Below, one piece after another: positions 61,239 to 64,000 of a stretch of DNA of 64,000 nucleotides. Source of the DNA: Proteromonas lacertae (Eukaryota); assembly GCA_002245135.1 (NCBI GenBank), contig NGBS01000005.1, positions 1-64,000 of the forward strand, read 5' to 3'. Below the pieces are notes generated by a model, which ran no database searches, was not told the origin of the DNA, and saw only the letters and a list, made by a program, of their open reading frames with translations. The stretch's first letter is position 1, and each line of letters starts with the position of its first letter. The position numbers and the translations under genes were made by a program.

Positions 61239-64000
61239 ATGGATTATGTTCTTGGTGCTATTACCAGTCCAATCAAGAATTATATTGCTTCATGGCTGCA
61301 GTACTACCTTTCAAAATACCTCAAAGATGTTAAATTAGAGGGAATAGGAGTGTTAAATGAGTTGAAATTTGAAGATATAGAGATAAACGCAGAACAATTA
61401 CAAAATGATTTTAATTTGCCATTCAAAATTACCAGAGGAAAAATTAAAAGTCTTATTATTACCATTCCATGGCTTTCCATCACTTATGAAGCAATATCAG
61501 TGAAATTGCAATATGTAGAAATCGAATTCGATTCTATGGTATAATAATACAATAATTATTTCACTTCATAGATAAGTCCAACAAAAGATACGATAGATAT
61601 TCCAATTCCCACGAAGTATTTTTAGTTAATTATTTTATAGAACTAATGCACCATCAACACCAAAAGCAAATAAACCTGCACAAGGGGAAGAGAAAGGTTG
61701 GTTCGCGAAATTATTAACAAAGATCCTCTCAAATATCTCAGTGACAATAGATAATCTAATAGTAAAGTGCAATCATCGTGATCTATCAGCTACACTGTCT
61801 TTGACACAATTGAAGGTATATTCTGCTGATCCAAAGAATGGATGGTTATTCATGTTTAATAACCTCAATGACTCATTAGAATTGCTATCTAAAGCAATTG
61901 AAGTGAAAGAATTGGGCTTAAGTGTTAATAGTAGAAGTACACATCCTCCAATACTTCACAGATTCAATGCAAAGTTGCATTTACAAATTCCATTTGGTAG
62001 AAGAATAACTGATGATACAGAAACGCTGACTGTTCAATCATCTCATAATGTATAGTTATTATTATTATTATATCATTATATAGCATGATATATCACCTAA
62101 AGCTATACCATTATTAACAGTTCTTCATCTTGACATTCATGTTGAGTTTTTAACAATAAATATCTCATTTATTCAGATCAAGTGGTTATCTCAATATGCA
62201 TCATACATCACTGATTATTATAAGAAATACAATAGACTAAAGAAATCATTGTTTCCTTCACCATCAACAACTGATGTTCCACAATTATTATCACCAACAT
62301 TAACAGAAGAAACAGAGAAAATACAAGATCAAGGATGGTTTGGTTATTTAGGATCCTATATTGAGTCGTTTCTACCAGGAGATGATGTACTTCCTACTCC
62401 ACCATCATCACTTGGAACTCCAAAATCATCATCAACTCCTTCCTATTCACCTAATCCATTACCATCTTCTTCTTCACATTATGAAACTAATTTATCTATT
62501 ATTTGTGTTGAAATTGAGAAATTTACTATAATTCTTCATGAAGATAAAGTTGATCGTATTATTTTAATAATAATAATATATCTTTGTATAGCATTGAATT
62601 CTAAAGAATTATTAACTCCTTCAACGCCAAAGCAACAGCTTCAACAACAACAACAATCATATCAAAATAGAAATGATAATCAAAATGTTATTGAATTTAT
62701 GATGCACAATATAGAGTTTATGTCAAAAGCAATTGTTCATCAAGGAATACAAATACAATTGTCAATGATTGCACATATTGAAACAGTATATGTAATAATA
62801 TGATTTATCAATTATTAATAAATAATAGATTGAATCTGCAATAAAAGATGATCAAATGTTCCTACTCTGGAATGATGATGATGGCGAAGATGAGTATTAT
62901 ATTTCCTACCATTCAAAACACTGTTTATTCAGATCAAATACACAGAGAGCACCACTTCAAAAGAATGCTGTTATTGATATATTTGATGAAGAAAAAGCTG
63001 ATTCTATTCAAACTGATAAACAAGGAAGTAAACACCATTTATTGACTGAAGCATCTACTCCTGCTATTCATTTTGTATATTTATCTCGTTTACAAAGTTC
63101 TATTTTATCTGATATGTTTTTATCAGAAGAATCCTCTCAAATTTTCTCTGAAACATCATCTTCAGCATCTCCAGTAAGAAGTTCTGTTGGTTTAGATATA
63201 TCAGGAATACAGAATATGAAATATCAAGCTATAGATTTTAGTTTTGGACCTTTAATTATCTATTATAATGCAATGTTACCTCCAATTATATTATCTGTAA
63301 TAAGTGCTGTAAAAGAGGCAAATAAGCTTGAAACTGTGAGTAGTTGGTTAGAACAAATATGGTCTCCAGAAGAGAACATACAAACTAAAACGAAGATAAA
63401 TACAAATCATACAATTCTTCATGCAAGATTAAACTCATTATCTGTTTTACTACAAATGCCTGATAATCCAAATGGATTATTATTATCACTGGATGATGTG
63501 AAGTTTAAAATGTTAACTAAATCTGCAGATTATTCTTATAATTCAAATAGAGTTTATGTAAGTGATTTAGTTTTATATAATCTACCAGTAAAGATGTTGA
63601 ATAAAACTAATATAGCAAATAGTATATATATTTTATTATAATTAAATAGTTGATAAAACAAAGTATATGATTTCAATGTCATTAATACAATTGGATCATG
63701 TTAAATCCAACATCGACACTCCTCAAGCTCGAATCAAGTTTCAAATACCAAAGATATCTTTTCAATTTGTAGATACACAGTTATATGATGCTAGTTCAAT
63801 AATAGTATATAATTACTTCTATTCAATATATCCAAATTCAAATTGTAGTTATCCATTACCTATCAATGATATTATATATCAATGTTGTTCAATGACATTT
63901 ACTTTGAATTTAGAGGATATAGAATTTACAGTAGTGACAAATGCATTACCCAATGATTATGTAAGTTCAAATATTCATTTAGTTATTAGATGTTTATCAT
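61239..64000 (+). CDS. VPS13-family bridge lipid-transfer protein, VPS13B-like N-terminus (runs off window)
   Basis: Chorein_N pattern YYLSKYLKDVK...LPFKITRGKIKSLIITIPW, followed by KLLTKILSNISVTIDNLIVK...LSKAIEVKEL. Multiple short introns. Confidence 0.8.

Overview
This is gene-dense, very AT-rich eukaryotic DNA with tiny (about 25-39 nt) GT-AG introns, short intergenic spacers and T/G-rich tracts after stop codons. It most resembles an Opalinata/Blastocystis-like gut stramenopile (inference, not confirmed). About 20 protein genes can be supported. The most notable is a ~3,750-aa class C (GABA-B-type) GPCR at 44309-55697 whose ectodomain is about nine tandem, diverged bacterial UrtA/AmiC-type Venus-flytrap modules. 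A >3,700-aa mosaic lectin/Ig/PA14 surface protein (11144 to the window edge, minus strand) is absent from the ORF track and lies next to a PTT-repeat mucin. Other notable features are a membrane-anchored bacterial-like GH95, a pseudokinase-LRR protein, a head-to-head pair of unfamiliar zinc-finger proteins, an inverted pair of EF-hand paralogs, a cilium-type kinesin-9 and a candidate structured ncRNA. Housekeeping-type genes include NAXE, membralin-like, VPS26-like, GPAT, an ARM-repeat protein and VPS13B-like. Several single-base frameshifts look like assembly indel errors. All domain calls come from motif recognition by eye, without database searches.
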